Below, piece after piece: positions 23,475 to 36,769 of a DNA stretch of 64,000 bases. The notes under the pieces are model-generated. The model was not told where the DNA came from. It saw nothing but the letters and a program-made list of their open reading frames with translations, and made no database searches. The position numbers were made by a program, and so were the translations under genes. This DNA comes from Eledone cirrhosa (taxonomy: Eukaryota). Each line of letters starts with the position of its first letter. The first letter of the stretch is position 1. The stretch spans positions 54,064,001-54,128,000 of the forward strand of contig OZ024744.1 in assembly GCA_964016885.1 (NCBI GenBank), read 5' to 3'.

Positions 23475-23558
23475 AGAAGAAGAAGAAGAAGAAGAAGAAG
23501 AAGAAGAAGAAGAAGAAGAAGAAGAAGAAGAAAAAGAAGGAGGAGGAGGAGGAGGAGG
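23440..23558. repeat. Compound microsatellite (GAT)n(AGA)n(GGA)n
   Basis: Direct repeats. Confidence 0.9.
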
Positions 23559-24029
23559 GCAGTGTGATTATCATCATTTTCATCAGCAGCAGCAGATTTA
23601 ACATTTATTAATATAAACGATGCGCATTGCAGCGAGGGAAAAAAAGTCTTTAAAGGGGAACAACTCTTTATTGTATATTTCGTGATTAACTGACCTTTAA
23701 TAAAATAAAAATTATTTCAGGCTTTAAGATCAATACCAATAAAGTAATAAGGTTTCTTTAAAAGGGTTTTGCCTGGTTAAAATCGCATATTAATATTAAA
23801 ATTTCTTCAGATATGCATGCAAGTCTATAGTATCTGAAATTTTAAAAGAAATCACCCCTCTCCCCGCCCCCCAAAAATCTATATATCGAGTTAACCACTT
23901 TGAAGGAAAAATTATTTGGCCAATATATGTTCCAATATTATTGGAACTCCATCGGTTCCGAATTGCAAGTGAACCAGTTGTCTGATCTCTAGAAAAACCT
24001 GCTCCTAGGATTAACATACAAGTGGCTGA

Positions 24030-24232
24030 ATATTTCTCAAACACGTCTATCCTTAATCTCAGGGAGATTCAGCGTGAAACTGTGTGTAAGGCAGCTCTAT
24101 TGAATTGAAGGTACAACTCATATTTGTCAGATGAAGCGACTTGAATAACTTGAAATAACGTGCTTTCCAGAATCGAACTTACGATCTAATGGTCGTGGAC
24201 TGAGTGTCTTAACCATTAGGCCATGCGCCTTT
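24030..24232 (-). mobile_element. tRNA-derived SINE
   Basis: Minus strand GGCGCATGGCCTAATGGTTAAG (A-box) and GTTCGATTC (B-box). Confidence 0.65.
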
Positions 24233-24649
24233 ACATTTGTTGCAATAGATATTTCTAAATAATGTTTTCTACTTCTTAGTGCATGAAATAATTATTTTGT
24301 GTATATTTTATTTCTATATTGGATTGATTTGAATGTAATTTGTGTGTGTGTGGGGGGGGGGGGGGGGGATTATGAATTGTTTCACAATTCGTTTCTAATA
24401 TTTCTACCATATATTATTTCATTACTCTGTCGACATTTTCTTCCTGCACAGGTTCAGGAGATACTGGATCGAAACCACTATGAAAAAGAACTCCTCGACT
24501 TCGGACACTGCTCTCGCTTTACACTCCTTAAGCAGGAACACGTGGATGTGTCTTTTTAGCTCCGCTAGGGACCCACACTTTTACAAATGCGCTAAAACGA
24601 CGGGTGCCTCTTGCAGTAGGCATTATGGTGTTAACTTGGTGCACTTTCA

Positions 24650-27490
24650 TATGACATTTCAGTCTATTAGCTAAGGCAAATTCCTTTTATTGCTCCCTGC
24701 AAACAAAAATGCCGTATAATGTCTGGTTGACATAGTCCCTATACATATGACTCTTTGATGACTTCTAAAGTATGCCTTACTTAGACATAACCGGCCACGT
24801 TCTTTACCTCCATACAAAGATACTCAGGTTAATTGATCTCAAGGCCATTATGAGAAAACCGCTTGAGCTGTTCAAGATCAACACTATTTCTTCCAAATTC
24901 TCCCCTCCCGTAGTGCACTGCTTTTCTCTACGCAACGCAATCTAGAGCAAGGTTCTCCCTGCCATTCATATTTTCATCTTTCCAGTGTACTTTTAATGCA
25001 ATCCTTGTACTTCAATTTTGGTTTGTGAGCTGATCGTTTACATTTGACTAGCTCACTAGGAACTAGTTAGGGATGATATATGAGAGACCCAATTCTGGTA
25101 GACTGGCTGCATTTAAAGACTCCAGTTCCACTGTATTTGTCGAAGACACTGTTGGTGAAAGTGCTCCAAATGTTTGCGATACCTCCAGTAAGTCCCCCAA
25201 GCTCAATATGCCTGCAGCAAAGAACACTGGCATTATACACTTTCAACTTTGCTTTATACACTTTAACCTAACGACGCCTATCAAGCTTTCCAAATGCATC
25301 ACTTGCTTTTTTGATTCTGAGGAATATTTCATCACCCAGAATATTGGTTATATTTAAAGTACTGCTTAGATACAAAAACGTATCCACGATTTTCAATGTC
25401 TGGTTATACACATATATTCTTGGCGCAGCGTAAGCTTTGCTTGGTGCACGTTGGTACATCACTACGGTCTTTTTCTGACTTATAGTTAGGCCCAATGCAC
25501 TGTAAGGTATCAGAAAAGAGTCCCTCCATGAGATGTTGCATGTCACTCTCGGAGTGAGCAACAAGATCGCAACCGTCAACATAGAGGAATTAATGTATTA
25601 GTAATGTAAATAACTTGGTTCTGGCAGTAAACCTTCTGACATTGAACGTTCCCTGTTGTTCGATATCTAATGTAAACCGAATACGAACGAACTTCAAATG
25701 TCATAAAAAATAAGACAGCAAAGTACAACGCAAACAGAGTTGGTGCTGGAATGTTCCCTTGCTTAACACCATTTTTCAACTACAATGGGATCAGAGAATT
25801 TACCAACCTCATTGACACTTGCCTTCATTCCAGCATGGAAACTCCTCAGCACAGAGACATTTCATCAGGACTCCCCAGTTTTCTGAGAATCTTCCACTGG
25901 ACTGGACACTATTGACTGTATCAAAAGCCTTTGTCAGATCGACAAACTCCGGATACAAGTCCAGTCTCTGGCCAATGCATTTCTTTCGCAGCTGTCTCAC
26001 CAAAAAGACATGTCTGTTGGCCCCCTACCATTTGCCGCCATGAGTGCGAAGAGCTGAAAGTGGGGAGAAAGACAGTCTGTACATTTCCCGCAATAAACTA
26101 TACAGTAAATTTGTATTGATGGGAAAAATGGGCCGACTGAATCTCGTTTGATTTATTTCTCCACCACCTCTCTTGCATGCTACGAAGCCTACGTTGCACT
26201 TTCCAGACCATCTCCGTGAGCAAGACTTCCTTTCTGATCTATCAGCTAGCTCTTTCATTAGCATTGTGTTGATTAGCATCTGAATGTCTTCGTTATTTTC
26301 ATTAAACCAGTCTTGATGTTTCCTTCCCACTAAACACAGAACATCATTGCAGACTTAATGTTTTGAACTCATCCTATGAAACATCACATTGAATGTCGTC
26401 GATTCTCTTTACCAGCTCTTCCTTAATGACATCATATTTTAGACGAGCCTCATTTACTTTCTTTGGTATGGTCATACTACGAACCCTAACCTTTGATTTC
26501 AATGTAAATATCTTTGCACAAACCAGACGAAGATCAGTCCAGCATCCAGCTTCCCGCATAACACGGATACTACACACATCGGGAACATCACACCTACGAA
26601 CAAGAACATAATCAATCATGTGCCACAGTTTTGCGCCCGGATCTCCAAGTTGTTTTGTTTTTATCGTGCTGTATCAGAGTGTTTTCTACGCACAGATCCA
26701 GCTCCTAACACATTAGTAGCGGCAGCGAACTATTGTTATTGCACCTTCAGACTCCATGATTTCCAAGCACATCCCTGTTTTCATAATCCTTGCCAACTCT
26801 AGCATGGAAGTTAACCAGAATGACAACTTAGTAGCCTAAGGAATTATGCGACCAAGTTCCTTCAGTGAGAGATAAAAAGAAAATTCTACGTCTTCAAAGG
26901 AACACAATGATCGGAGCGTATACACTAACTATGGTGACAAACCTCTTCTTTGATAATGGAATTCTCATTGACACAAGGTGATCAGTTATGGCACATGAAA
27001 GATATTCCAGCTTAGAAACTAGAGAGTTCTTAACGGCAAATACTACGCCAGCCTACCTCTTGCATCCTTCTGTTCTTGCTTTCCTAAAAAAGTTGTAATC
27101 CTCGGACTGTTCTGTGAAGTGGCCTTATTCACCGAGTCTCGTTTCAGACAAGACCATTACGTTCATATTGTATCACTGCAGATTTCTATCTATTAGTGCT
27201 GATTTTCTTTCTGGGTGTGTTGTAGAAGACTGAGAATCTAGTAATGTGCGAATATTCCAGCACCCAATATTCAAAGGCTTAAACTTTCTTACAGAATCAG
27301 GATGACGACCGCGCCCAGGATGAGATGCCGTAGGACACCAACCACGCCAGACTCTTTCACTATCTGATGCAGAGAACTTATTGCCCTCGGTATGAAAGGT
27401 GTGGAAGATCCTTATTGTGTGGTGGTTATGCCTTTTTTGGCTACGACCAGCCATGTCATGCAACACAAAAGATGTCAAAGATCTCAAACA
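24650..27490 (-). pseudogene. Decayed near-full RTE (BovB-like) LINE
   Basis: LNIGCWNIRTLLD (APE start), IDYVLVR, RKHQDWFNEN, DLTKAFDTV, GVKQG..APTLF and GLTISQKKT, with many frameshifts. Confidence 0.85.
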
Positions 27491-27776
27491 TCAATTGTTG
27501 TCTGTGCTTGAAGCTTTTTTAAGTGAGGAAAGACTTTGCACGGAGCTAAATCCACTCTCTGAGAAATGAATACATTTACCTAAAACAAAGAACTGGTCTA
27601 CCTCATTGTTTCAACGAAGATTAGGAGTCTCTAATCCTTTCCACCTACAGGAAAAAAGTTTGAAAAAGATTAAAAAAATGTTAAATGGTTAAAAGTTAAG
27701 AGATGAAATAAGTAAAATATATTTATGAAAATATTAAAATATATAAAAAATATATATACATATGTACATACTTTAT

Positions 27777-27958
27777 TTGACGGCCGTTAGTTTACCTGAG
27801 TTCCTCCGCTCATTGACGGGTTTTGTTTTTTATCCCGCAAGGTATCCAAACATCACCCTCCCCACCAAGCAAACTTGGTGGGGTTGCCAGTTTAGTAGCA
27901 GACAACCCGACCATGTACTTGGTTACATGTTACCAGTAGCGCTCGAGAGCCTCATGAC
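27777..27958. repeat. 190-bp module, copy 3, followed by (CATA)n at 27958-28087
   Basis: Homologous to 527-710. Confidence 0.75.
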
Positions 27959-28086
27959 ATATACATACATGCATACATACATACATACATACATACATAC
28001 ATACATACATACATACATGCATACATACATACATACATACATACATACATACATACATACATACATACATACATACATACATACAT

Positions 28087-29439
28087 AAGGAGAGAACCAG
28101 AACTGAATACCTCAGAAGAGTAAAGAAAATATGGTCATCAGAACTGTCAGCATACAACAAATACATTGCCCACAATACCTATGCTGTGCCAATTCTAACG
28201 CCAACATTTGGCCTACTGAACTGGTCATTGCAAGAACTAAGTGAGATGGATGTTAGAACTCGAAAACTTCTCAGTGTTACTGGGAACTTTAACATCAATG
28301 GTGATGTGGATAGGCTATACTTCTCACGCAAGGAAGGTGGCCGGGGTCTAAAATCAATATTAACAACATATGAGACCCGGATAGTAACACTGAAGCAACA
28401 CCTTCAACAGAGGAAAAAGGTTGGCGACCATCTTGCTCAGGTTTATGAGCATGAAAAAAGAAATATCATTAGAATAGCGACTGATCTGGAGGAGAGATAT
28501 GGAATAAAGCCTGATATAAATCTCTCACCCAGAGAAATCGGAAGATCCTATTCAATGTTCAAACAAGAAAAAAAAATTGACCAATTTACAGAGAAAGTTG
28601 TGCATGGATACTTGAGGCGTAAAACACAGACCATAGAGGGGATAAACCACTCAAAAAGCCTGGCATGGAGTTCCGACAAGTTTATGACATCACACCTTGA
28701 GGGATATCTCTATGCAATACAGGAACAAGAACTCCCTACCAAATATCTGCTGCACAAAAGAGGAGGGCCAGCAGCTGACAATAAATGTAGGCTATGTAAA
28801 ACAAAGATCGAGGATGTAAGCCACATTGTTGCCAGCTGCGAAAGAATGTCATCTCGCTACTACCTCCCCAAGAGACACGATGGGATAGCTAGAACTATCT
28901 GGAACGCACTTCGGAAAACAAAATTAACAACAAACGAGGAAGAATATATTGAGACAGATGGCACTAAGGAATACTGGTGGAACCTGAAAATAAAAACTGC
29001 CACCAAATTAAAGCACAACCGGCCTGATATTGTAGTTTGGGACCACACATTGAAAACGTGTTCTGTTGTGGAGATCAGCTGCCCACTTGATGTAAACGTT
29101 GTCAGAAAAATACAGGAGAAGGAGGACATCTACGGACCATTGATGAGGAGTTTACAAATCCAGTATCCAAGATACACCTTTAGCTTCATACCCATCATTA
29201 TTGGTGCTACGGGTTATATACCAACCCGCTTGGACCAAAGTATGACCGAACTTGGATTTGCGGACAAAAAGCGCAGCTCCCTAATTCATAGTCTACAAAT
29301 GGCTGCGATAGCTGGCACCTTCAAAATTTGCAAAACATTCTTGCGATTCAAGGGATGACAATTTCTTTTCTTTTACAACCTTGCCACCAGGAAGGTGGCC
29401 GGTCAAAAAAAATATACTCGAAATTAAGAGAAAGAGAAA

Positions 29440-29440
<1 letters not shown>
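28087..29440 (+). mobile_element. 5'-truncated R4/Dong-like (REL) retrotransposon flanked by (CATA)n
   Basis: Open frame 28087-29358 with DRLYFSRKEGGRGL, CRLC...SHIVASC, RHD, RPDIVVWD, EISCP and IPIIIGATG. (CATA)n lies on both sides. Confidence 0.88.
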
Positions 29441-29469
<29 letters not shown>

Positions 29470-29471
<2 letters not shown>

Positions 29472-30081
29472 GGTGGCTGCCAACTCATTTTCGAGTACGG
29501 CCACTACTTTATATCCATGTAGGAGAATGCCCACCGATGCGCTGAATGAGTGTGATTTTTTTAGTCCAGCCAGCGACTTGAAAACTCTGGTACAAACACT
29601 ACACTTGTGACAATTATTGACACATTGTGCTGGGCCCATGGTACCATGTGATGACAAGTGCAGAGAGATCTCCAGATATAAAGCAATGCCTGTGCCGTGA
29701 AGCTTTTATAGTGAGCAAAGGCACTGCACAAAGCCAGTCCCACTCTCTTAACCAAGATAATATTTACCAAAAAGAAGAACAAGTCAACATCATTGGATAC
29801 CATCAGGGTTGCAGGTGTTATATCAGAGTTTTGCTTCTCCTAGAATTCTGCCTTGACAAAGGCTAAGGGGTCATCTCTTCCGCTGATTTTGGATGGCCAT
29901 TGACTCTTAAGAGCTCCTTTGCCCTTTGACAGGTTTTGTTTTTAGTCCTGCAGGATGTCCAAAGTCACCCACCTCACCAAGAAACCTCGGTGGGGTTGCC
30001 AGTTTAGTCGCCAACGACCCGACCATGAAGCAGGTTGTACTGGGATACATGTTACCAGTAGCACCAGCTGGTGACCTGACA
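29470..30081 (-). mobile_element. RTE-type derivative: 190-bp module plus zinc-finger 3' end, between (CATA)n tracts
   Basis: HKCSVCTRVFKSLAGLKKSH is present, and the end GCAGCCACCA-TATG resembles the end at 900. Confidence 0.6.
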
Positions 30082-30185
30082 TACATACATACATACATAC
30101 ATACATACATAAATACATACATACATACATACATACATACATACATACATAAATACATACATACATACATACATACATACATACA

Positions 30186-30218
<33 letters not shown>

Positions 30219-30902
30219 GCAAGGTCTCCATAAATTATCTTTACAACTTCTACCATTATGAAGGGATGTTCCAAAGCACGTCTAGGTATGTTCCATACAG
30301 CTGATTGAGCCTACAATGAAGTGTTCTGGTATTCTTATGAAAATGTTATTTATTTACCTATCTTTTTCATTAAAACTTGTGGAGTTATCTGCATTTTATT
30401 TTTTCATTTTTTTTCTGAAATTTTCAGATTGTAAAAATACTTTCTGGGCATCCGGTATAAATATATCACACCCGCTTGCTTTTAACACCCTTTTTATATA
30501 AAAACATGAAATAAAAAAATAAACAATTGCAGTGGGCGTTGATGCCACCACCTCCACAGCCGCCACTGCTGCCAGTACTACTACGTAGAAGGCTAAAATA
30601 GCTATGATAAGGTTTAAACAAAATTAACTCGAATATCGAGTGTAGGAATATGAAAGAACTCGACGTATGGAAATATCTTTTCAGCTATTTTAGCCTTCTA
30701 TTGCGGATTGATGCCATGCTTAAGGTGAGTTGTCTTTTCTTCCCTCTTCCTCTGTTCCCCGTTCTTTCGTTCTTTCTTTCTCTCCCTCCCTCTCAGTGTT
30801 GCCTTCTTTCTTCCCCTCTCCCTTCTACAGACCACTTCCAGTTACAGTGCCACTGTTTTTCCTTTCTCACGACGACTTGTGGTCGAGTGGACGCACTTCA
30901 TT

Positions 30903-31008
<106 letters not shown>

Positions 31009-31260
31009 CCGTTTTACATACATACACATAAATACACCTATGTACCTACATACGTACATATGCATATATACATACAAGACACATACACATATACATACAT
31101 ATACAAATATACATACTTATATACATATATCTGAGCAACGCCGGGTACCTCTGTTAGTAATTGAGAGAAACGGAGGGAAGAGACCACGGAAGAGAGGTAG
31201 GGGTAGCTTTATGTCTGGGGCCTGGTGGTGTTTATGCTACAGTCATCGGACAAAACTGCA

Positions 31261-31665
31261 AAGACATTTCCGCGGATAATGGCCACCCCACCTATCTGGG
31301 TTCCTTCTTCAGATGGGCTGCTGTTCTGATTTTATGGAGGAGTTCAGCAATGCGCAGTCTGAGGACGCCCGAGTTCTTGGCGTCGACCGGTCCAAAGAGG
31401 ATGCGGCCGGACAAGTCCCGCTATTTACATGTCTTCCTATCCTCGCCATTGTGTGCTGAAATACCGGGGTTTGTGGCGGAGAACGTATTACAGCCTCTAG
31501 CGTCTCAGATGAGGGATTTACCTCCTTCGACTGAGAACGACCCTAAACTCAGCTGGCTTCCAATCACAACTGGAGCCAGCAAGGCTCTACCGTGGTTAAG
31601 GAAAGCGCCACGGCGGGATTACCTTCTTTTCATTCGAATGAGGTAAATCTCTCATCTGGAACGCC
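31261..31665. other. Densely self-complementary GC-richer segment, putative structured RNA of unknown family
   Basis: At least eight helices, including a ~31-bp inverted repeat at 31500-31530 / 31634-31664. Confidence 0.45.
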
Positions 31666-31667
31666 AT

Positions 31668-32340
31668 AGTTGTCGTTGTTGTTATTTGTGGTGTTGTTGT
31701 TGTTGGTGCTATTGTTGTTGTTATTGTTGTTGTTGTTGTTTGTGGTGGTGTTGTTGGCGTTATCTGTGATAGTGATGGTGGTAGTAGTGGTGTTGGTGGT
31801 AGTGGTGGTGGTGGTGTTGTTATTGTTATTGGCGTTGTTGTTGTTGTTGATGTTTGTGGTGGTGTTGTTGGCGTTGTTGTTATCTGTGATAGTGATGGTG
31901 GTAGTAGTAGTGTTGGTGGTAGTGGTGGTGGTGGTGTTGTTGTTATTGGCGTTGTTGTTGATGTTGTTTGTGGTGGTATTGTTGTTGTTGATGTTTTTTG
32001 TGATGGTGTTGTTGGTGTTGTTGTTATCTGTGGTGGTGATGGTGGTAGTGGTGGTGGTGGTGGTGGTGGTGGTATTGTTGTTGGTGTTGGCGTTGTTGTT
32101 GATGTTGTTTGTGCTGGTGTTGCTGATTGTTGTTTTTGGTGGTGGTGGTGGTGTTGACGTTGTTTATGGTGGTGATGGTGGTAGTGATGTTGTTGTTGTT
32201 GTCTGTGGTGGTGGTGTTGCTGTTGTTGTTGGTGGTGGTGGTTGTGTTTTTGTTGTTGTTGTGTTCTATGTGGTGTTGTAGTTGTTATTAGTGGTGGTTT
32301 TACTGTTGTTGTTATTGTTGATGCTAGTGCTGGTTGTTTA
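31668..32340. repeat. Degenerate (GTT/GGT)n trinucleotide low-complexity tract with internal duplications
   Basis: Direct sequence. Confidence 0.9.
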
Positions 32341-33046
32341 GCTGCAAGTCAACTAAGAACGAGAGTAGCTTAAAAGGTGGTTTAACACTGAACATAAAGT
32401 GTTTCCCCAACCCGAAAAAGCAGTGGATTCGGCTGCTATTTCTAGCAAGTGGACCATCTCATTCACTAGACTGAGACAAATTTCAATATTAAAACAGAAC
32501 ACCCAGATATTTGAAGTGAAACTAGGTTAGTAGTTGTTGTTGAAAATAAACAGGACAGAATAGTTAATGTCGGTTAGATATAAAATTTACTTCACTTCAG
32601 TTAGAAAAGGAATATGATTACTACTAATCATAAAAGTACAATGTTGTATGTAAACATTCGTAAATGAATACCGTGTTGTTGAAGTTTTGTTGAAGATAAC
32701 TTGTTTTATGTGTTATGCTGAAATAGAAGGTGGCAGGCTATCGTCCGTCATTACTATCACCATAGAAGTTAAAAGCCAAGTGACCAGGGATGGTGTCGTC
32801 TCTTTTGTAACAGAAAATTCTCTCTGTCCTCGTTCCATGACAGCCTATTTATCTAACGGTGGTTATTTTTGCTCAAAGGTGGATGACCTCCCGCTGCGTT
32901 CTCTTTCATAGGAATGGCCATGTCAGTGAGAGGAAACGCTGGAACATTTCATTCGCTACACACCATCATCAATTCAAGGGAATTAATTTGAAAAAATGTA
33001 GGGGAAATAACTTCCATTTGACATTACGTTCTCTGACTACGGTTTA

Positions 33047-33860
33047 AACCCGCGGTCGTCAACTGCTGGTCCGATAGAAAATGTTGGAGGTTCGCAGAAA
33101 AAATTTAGATATTTGCAATTTCTATGTTTTATTAATAATAAAACAAAAGTAACATTCAGTTAAAATATACTTTATAATCCCACTAAAAATGTTTCTCCTC
33201 AGTAAAGAACTAACTACGTGTTCTGAGAATTAATCCAACGATGCCATGAAACTTTCGAAACTGGAAGACACTTGCAATGAGAACACCCGGATTTAGTTAA
33301 GTAATCACTTGAATATTTTCAAAGAATGTGTTAATATATGTAGAAGGACGGAAGCGCTTTAACAAAAATGACTGTTAAAGACAAGTCTTTATTAAAGGGT
33401 TCTCATCTGATAGCACTTCAGGTCACGTAAAATAAAAAGCCGTATACGATTGGAGAAGAATTAATTGAAGAGATGGCTGAAGAAATTGAAAATCAAGTTA
33501 TAAAAATGGTGAAACATTCAACATTTTATCTAATTCAACTTGACGAATTAACAGACGTAAGTAACATAGCACTTCTTTGTTTTGTGAGGGTTGGGTGTGA
33601 AGGAGAGTTAAAGGAAGAACTACCTTGTTCGCTTAACTTGCCGGGTTGAACAACTAGCACTGAGAATTTTGAAGTACTTAATAGTTATTTCCTGGAACAT
33701 GGAATTGAATGGAAAAATATATTGAGATATTTACAGATGGTACCGCAAACATGACTGGAAATCTTTCAGGAATAGTTGCAAAGGTGAAAAATGTTGGTTA
33801 CCCTGACATTTTGTCTACACACTGCATAATACATCGTGAACAACTTGCGGGGGGAAATGT
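33047..33860 (+). pseudogene. hAT (Buster/Charlie-like) transposase fossil
   Basis: IQLDE.TDVSN, FTDGTANMTG and THCIIHREQLA motifs. Confidence 0.85.
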
Positions 33861-33899
33861 CCCCACAACTACACGAAGTATAGGTGCGATGATCTCCAA

Positions 33900-36200
33900 T
33901 CCGAGGAGCTGGGATGATTAGCTGAAGGTCCTCAACTACTGACTTAGCCGAGCCAATCATGGTCGTGTTTTTCAGGTACCAAAACTTGAAGGGCGACCGG
34001 ACAACGAACGACGTGGTCAACTGCAAGTGCAAATCTATATTATTTAATTATATACATTTCAAATAAATAGTTGTCATACAATTTAGCCTGATATTTCAGT
34101 TATTCTCTGAAAACCTCACTAAATCTCAACTCACCACTCTCTCCAACCTCGAGGAACCTCATCTACCTCCCCTCTGACAAGGGAAAAGAATTCTGCGTCA
34201 TCAGCAGAGAGGCTACAACACCCTGGCCCTCCAACACCTTGACGATGACAACCTCTACTCTAAAGTCACAGGGATCACTCCCACGCAGATCGAGGAGCAC
34301 ATCAACGCCGCCTGGATCAACATGTGCGACCGGCGGAACATCCTCACGCGGAACAGTAGACTACCCGCCTTCTATCACCTCGTGAAAACCCACAAATAGG
34401 GACCCGAACTGAAGATCAGGCCTATTGTATCGAGCGTGGAGGGACCTTCTCTACAAAATTTCATGGCTCCTAGTCAAAATATTTAAACCCCTACTGAACA
34501 CCTTGCCGGGACACGTCAACAGTTCCGAGGAAGTGTTGGAGCTTCTACACCAAATGAAAACCGACACCCGAAAGGCTAACAGGTACGCCTTCAGCATTGT
34601 TGTGGTCGCCCTCTACACCTCGTTCCCGGCGCTTCCCGTCGTCGATATACTGACGTCTACCAACGTATTCTGCTTCGGGCTTATCCCACTCACATCCACC
34701 AGCTCCTATCCGTTGTCGTTGACAACACATATTTCAATTTTCTCGGCCAAACATACCACAGACCTTAGGGCTGCCCCAGGGCCAAGTCTGTCGGGTGTGC
34801 TAGTGATCTTCTACATGGACAGCCTCGAACGCAAGGCACTCAGCACCTGCCACCCCAACGCCGTTGCCTTCTTCTCAAGATACGTGGACGATATCCTCAT
34901 CCTCACATCTTCCCAGGAGATGGCAAAAGGTATTTACGAGACGTTCAGCAACACGGACGAGAATATTGACTTCAGTGTTGAACACCCCAATGACGACGGG
35001 TCCCTTGCCCTCCTCGACTTCCGAATCAACATCACAGAACAGGGAGGGATCAACACCAACTTCTACCGTTAGACAGCCTGTAGGGACTTGTTCGTCTACT
35101 ACAAATCTGCCCTCACTAACAGTGCTAAAAGAGGGTACATCACGAACGGGATCATGCGGATTAGAAATAGGTGCAGCGATCCCTTTAGTGGTGTCGGCCA
35201 TACCAAGCGGTTCCACAGGGTGCTGGGGACGAATGGATACCCAGCATCTTTTACAAGCAGAATAAGAGACACCAGACCAAAGAGGCAGAGAAACACCCAA
35301 GCCAAGTGCTTCCTTAAAATCCTGCACCTGGGCGAGAAAACCATCAACGCTATCCACAGAGCCATACGGAGGGAAGGCCACGACAATCACTTCGCGCCCA
35401 CTTGGGGCCCTCCCAACGAAGATGCCTCTCCAAGAAACCCGAAAAATTGGCTGACGCGTGTTCTCTCAGCAACTGTCCGATGTGCCAGAGGAACTGTTGC
35501 TTACGCACGTACGTCGTATACAAGGTAGAATGACAAGTGTAACGACTTCTACATCGGTAGCATCATCTGGCCACTACATGTCCGGATCAAGGAACACATC
35601 AACACTAGGGCCTCATCTTTCCGGAAACATATAATCAAATGCAGAAACAAAAACAGAAAGCCCATTGTCACAGTGTTAGCGACGGAACACAACGTCACCA
35701 CTTTGGATCAAACGCCTCGGACCACAAATAAATAACCGATCCGAGAAAAGTGAGGCGAGATGGCTGGTGTAACAAATGAAACAACAACAACACACATACA
35801 TAGCAGCAATCGAGAGATTGTTATTGTGTATATATCGTGTCCACCACCCACCGACTGACAGACAACAAACAGGCAGACTACCAATACCAAAACCACACCT
35901 GCCAGTATCAAAGATTGAATATTAGAAATTGACAGCGAAGGTGTGTACACACTGACACATCACCACCCCACTAATCTGGTATAGAAGAACTGCCTCGACC
36001 TTTGTCTGACCACAGCTATTCTGCACTCACGCGCATCCCACAGAGTAGTTCAGTTATACACACACGATAAACAACACGTGTTGTCCCTCTCCGACAAAAA
36101 AAAAAACCTTTCCCCCTCGGAAAACCCCCAGTTGATGGATGCGAAATCCGAAATAAAGGGACAATTAAATCTGTTCCAAGGTAACTTTATCTCGTGTTAT
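33900..36200 (+). mobile_element. Decayed Penelope-like element 1 (RT plus C-terminal GIY-YIG)
   Basis: DKGKEF, FYHLVKTHK..LKIRPIVS, VVALYTS, RYVDDI, LALLD and VVYKVE..FYIG..RIKEH remnants. Boundaries are approximate. Confidence 0.8.
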
Positions 36201-36489
36201 TATTTTTACACTCTTTCCTACGTTCTACATCCTCTACGTCTCATATTTATGTGAGGTAAAGCCTTTATTGTGAAAATACAATAGTATATATATAGAGGAA
36301 TTAATTATTTTAGTATGCAGTACAACGGGAGGATAGCAAAACACAGAATACATATGACAGCCTTTCGACTAAAATAATAAGGATGTCGAAACAACGTAAG
36401 TACACACCGGCAATGTATATCAGTGCAGAAGTAAATGATGAAGTGGAAAATCAAACTTTCCAGTTGCTGTCTTCCTGTATCTTCTACAA

Positions 36490-36765
36490 CAACTACAACG
36501 GTACGCGATGAGGCCCACCCACAGCCCCGGCGATCAGAAGGGAGAAGGCGTTTCCCCGGAGGACGGCAAGGGAGACGCACTGGAAAAGCCACTCCAACTC
36601 GCAGGGCTTTGACCTGCGGCTGACCAGCTCAGCGCCTATGGTGGTGTGTAAGGAGGTAGCCCTGGGGCCGAGGACACCAGAAGTCTCCACTGCCAGGGGT
36701 ACGACCGGAAACCTGTCGGAGAGCGACCGGTATTTGAGGAGTTTGACCCCCTCAGACTCCGACGC
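36490..36765 (-). mobile_element. CRE-like retrotransposon 3' fragment
   Basis: VPLAVETSGVLGP...EWLFQCVSLAVLRGNAFS with a (GTT) tail. Confidence 0.75.
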
Positions 36766-36769
36766 GAAA

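Noticed and set aside
31535-31552. ACCCTAA as a telomerase RNA template; AGTCCC/GGGATT as RNase P/MRP helix P4
   Set aside because: The template is too short with no recognisable pseudoknot or H/ACA box, and the P4 topology and conserved regions do not fit.
31670-32281. 203-aa hydrophobic membrane-protein-like ORF
   Set aside because: It is a Val/Leu read-out of a GTT/GGT low-complexity tract.
36125-36165. Hammerhead-like TTGAT-GGAT(GCGAA)ATCC-GAAA downstream of PLE 1
   Set aside because: The core lacks two conserved bases and stems I and III cannot be drawn. It is plausibly a relic but not supportable.
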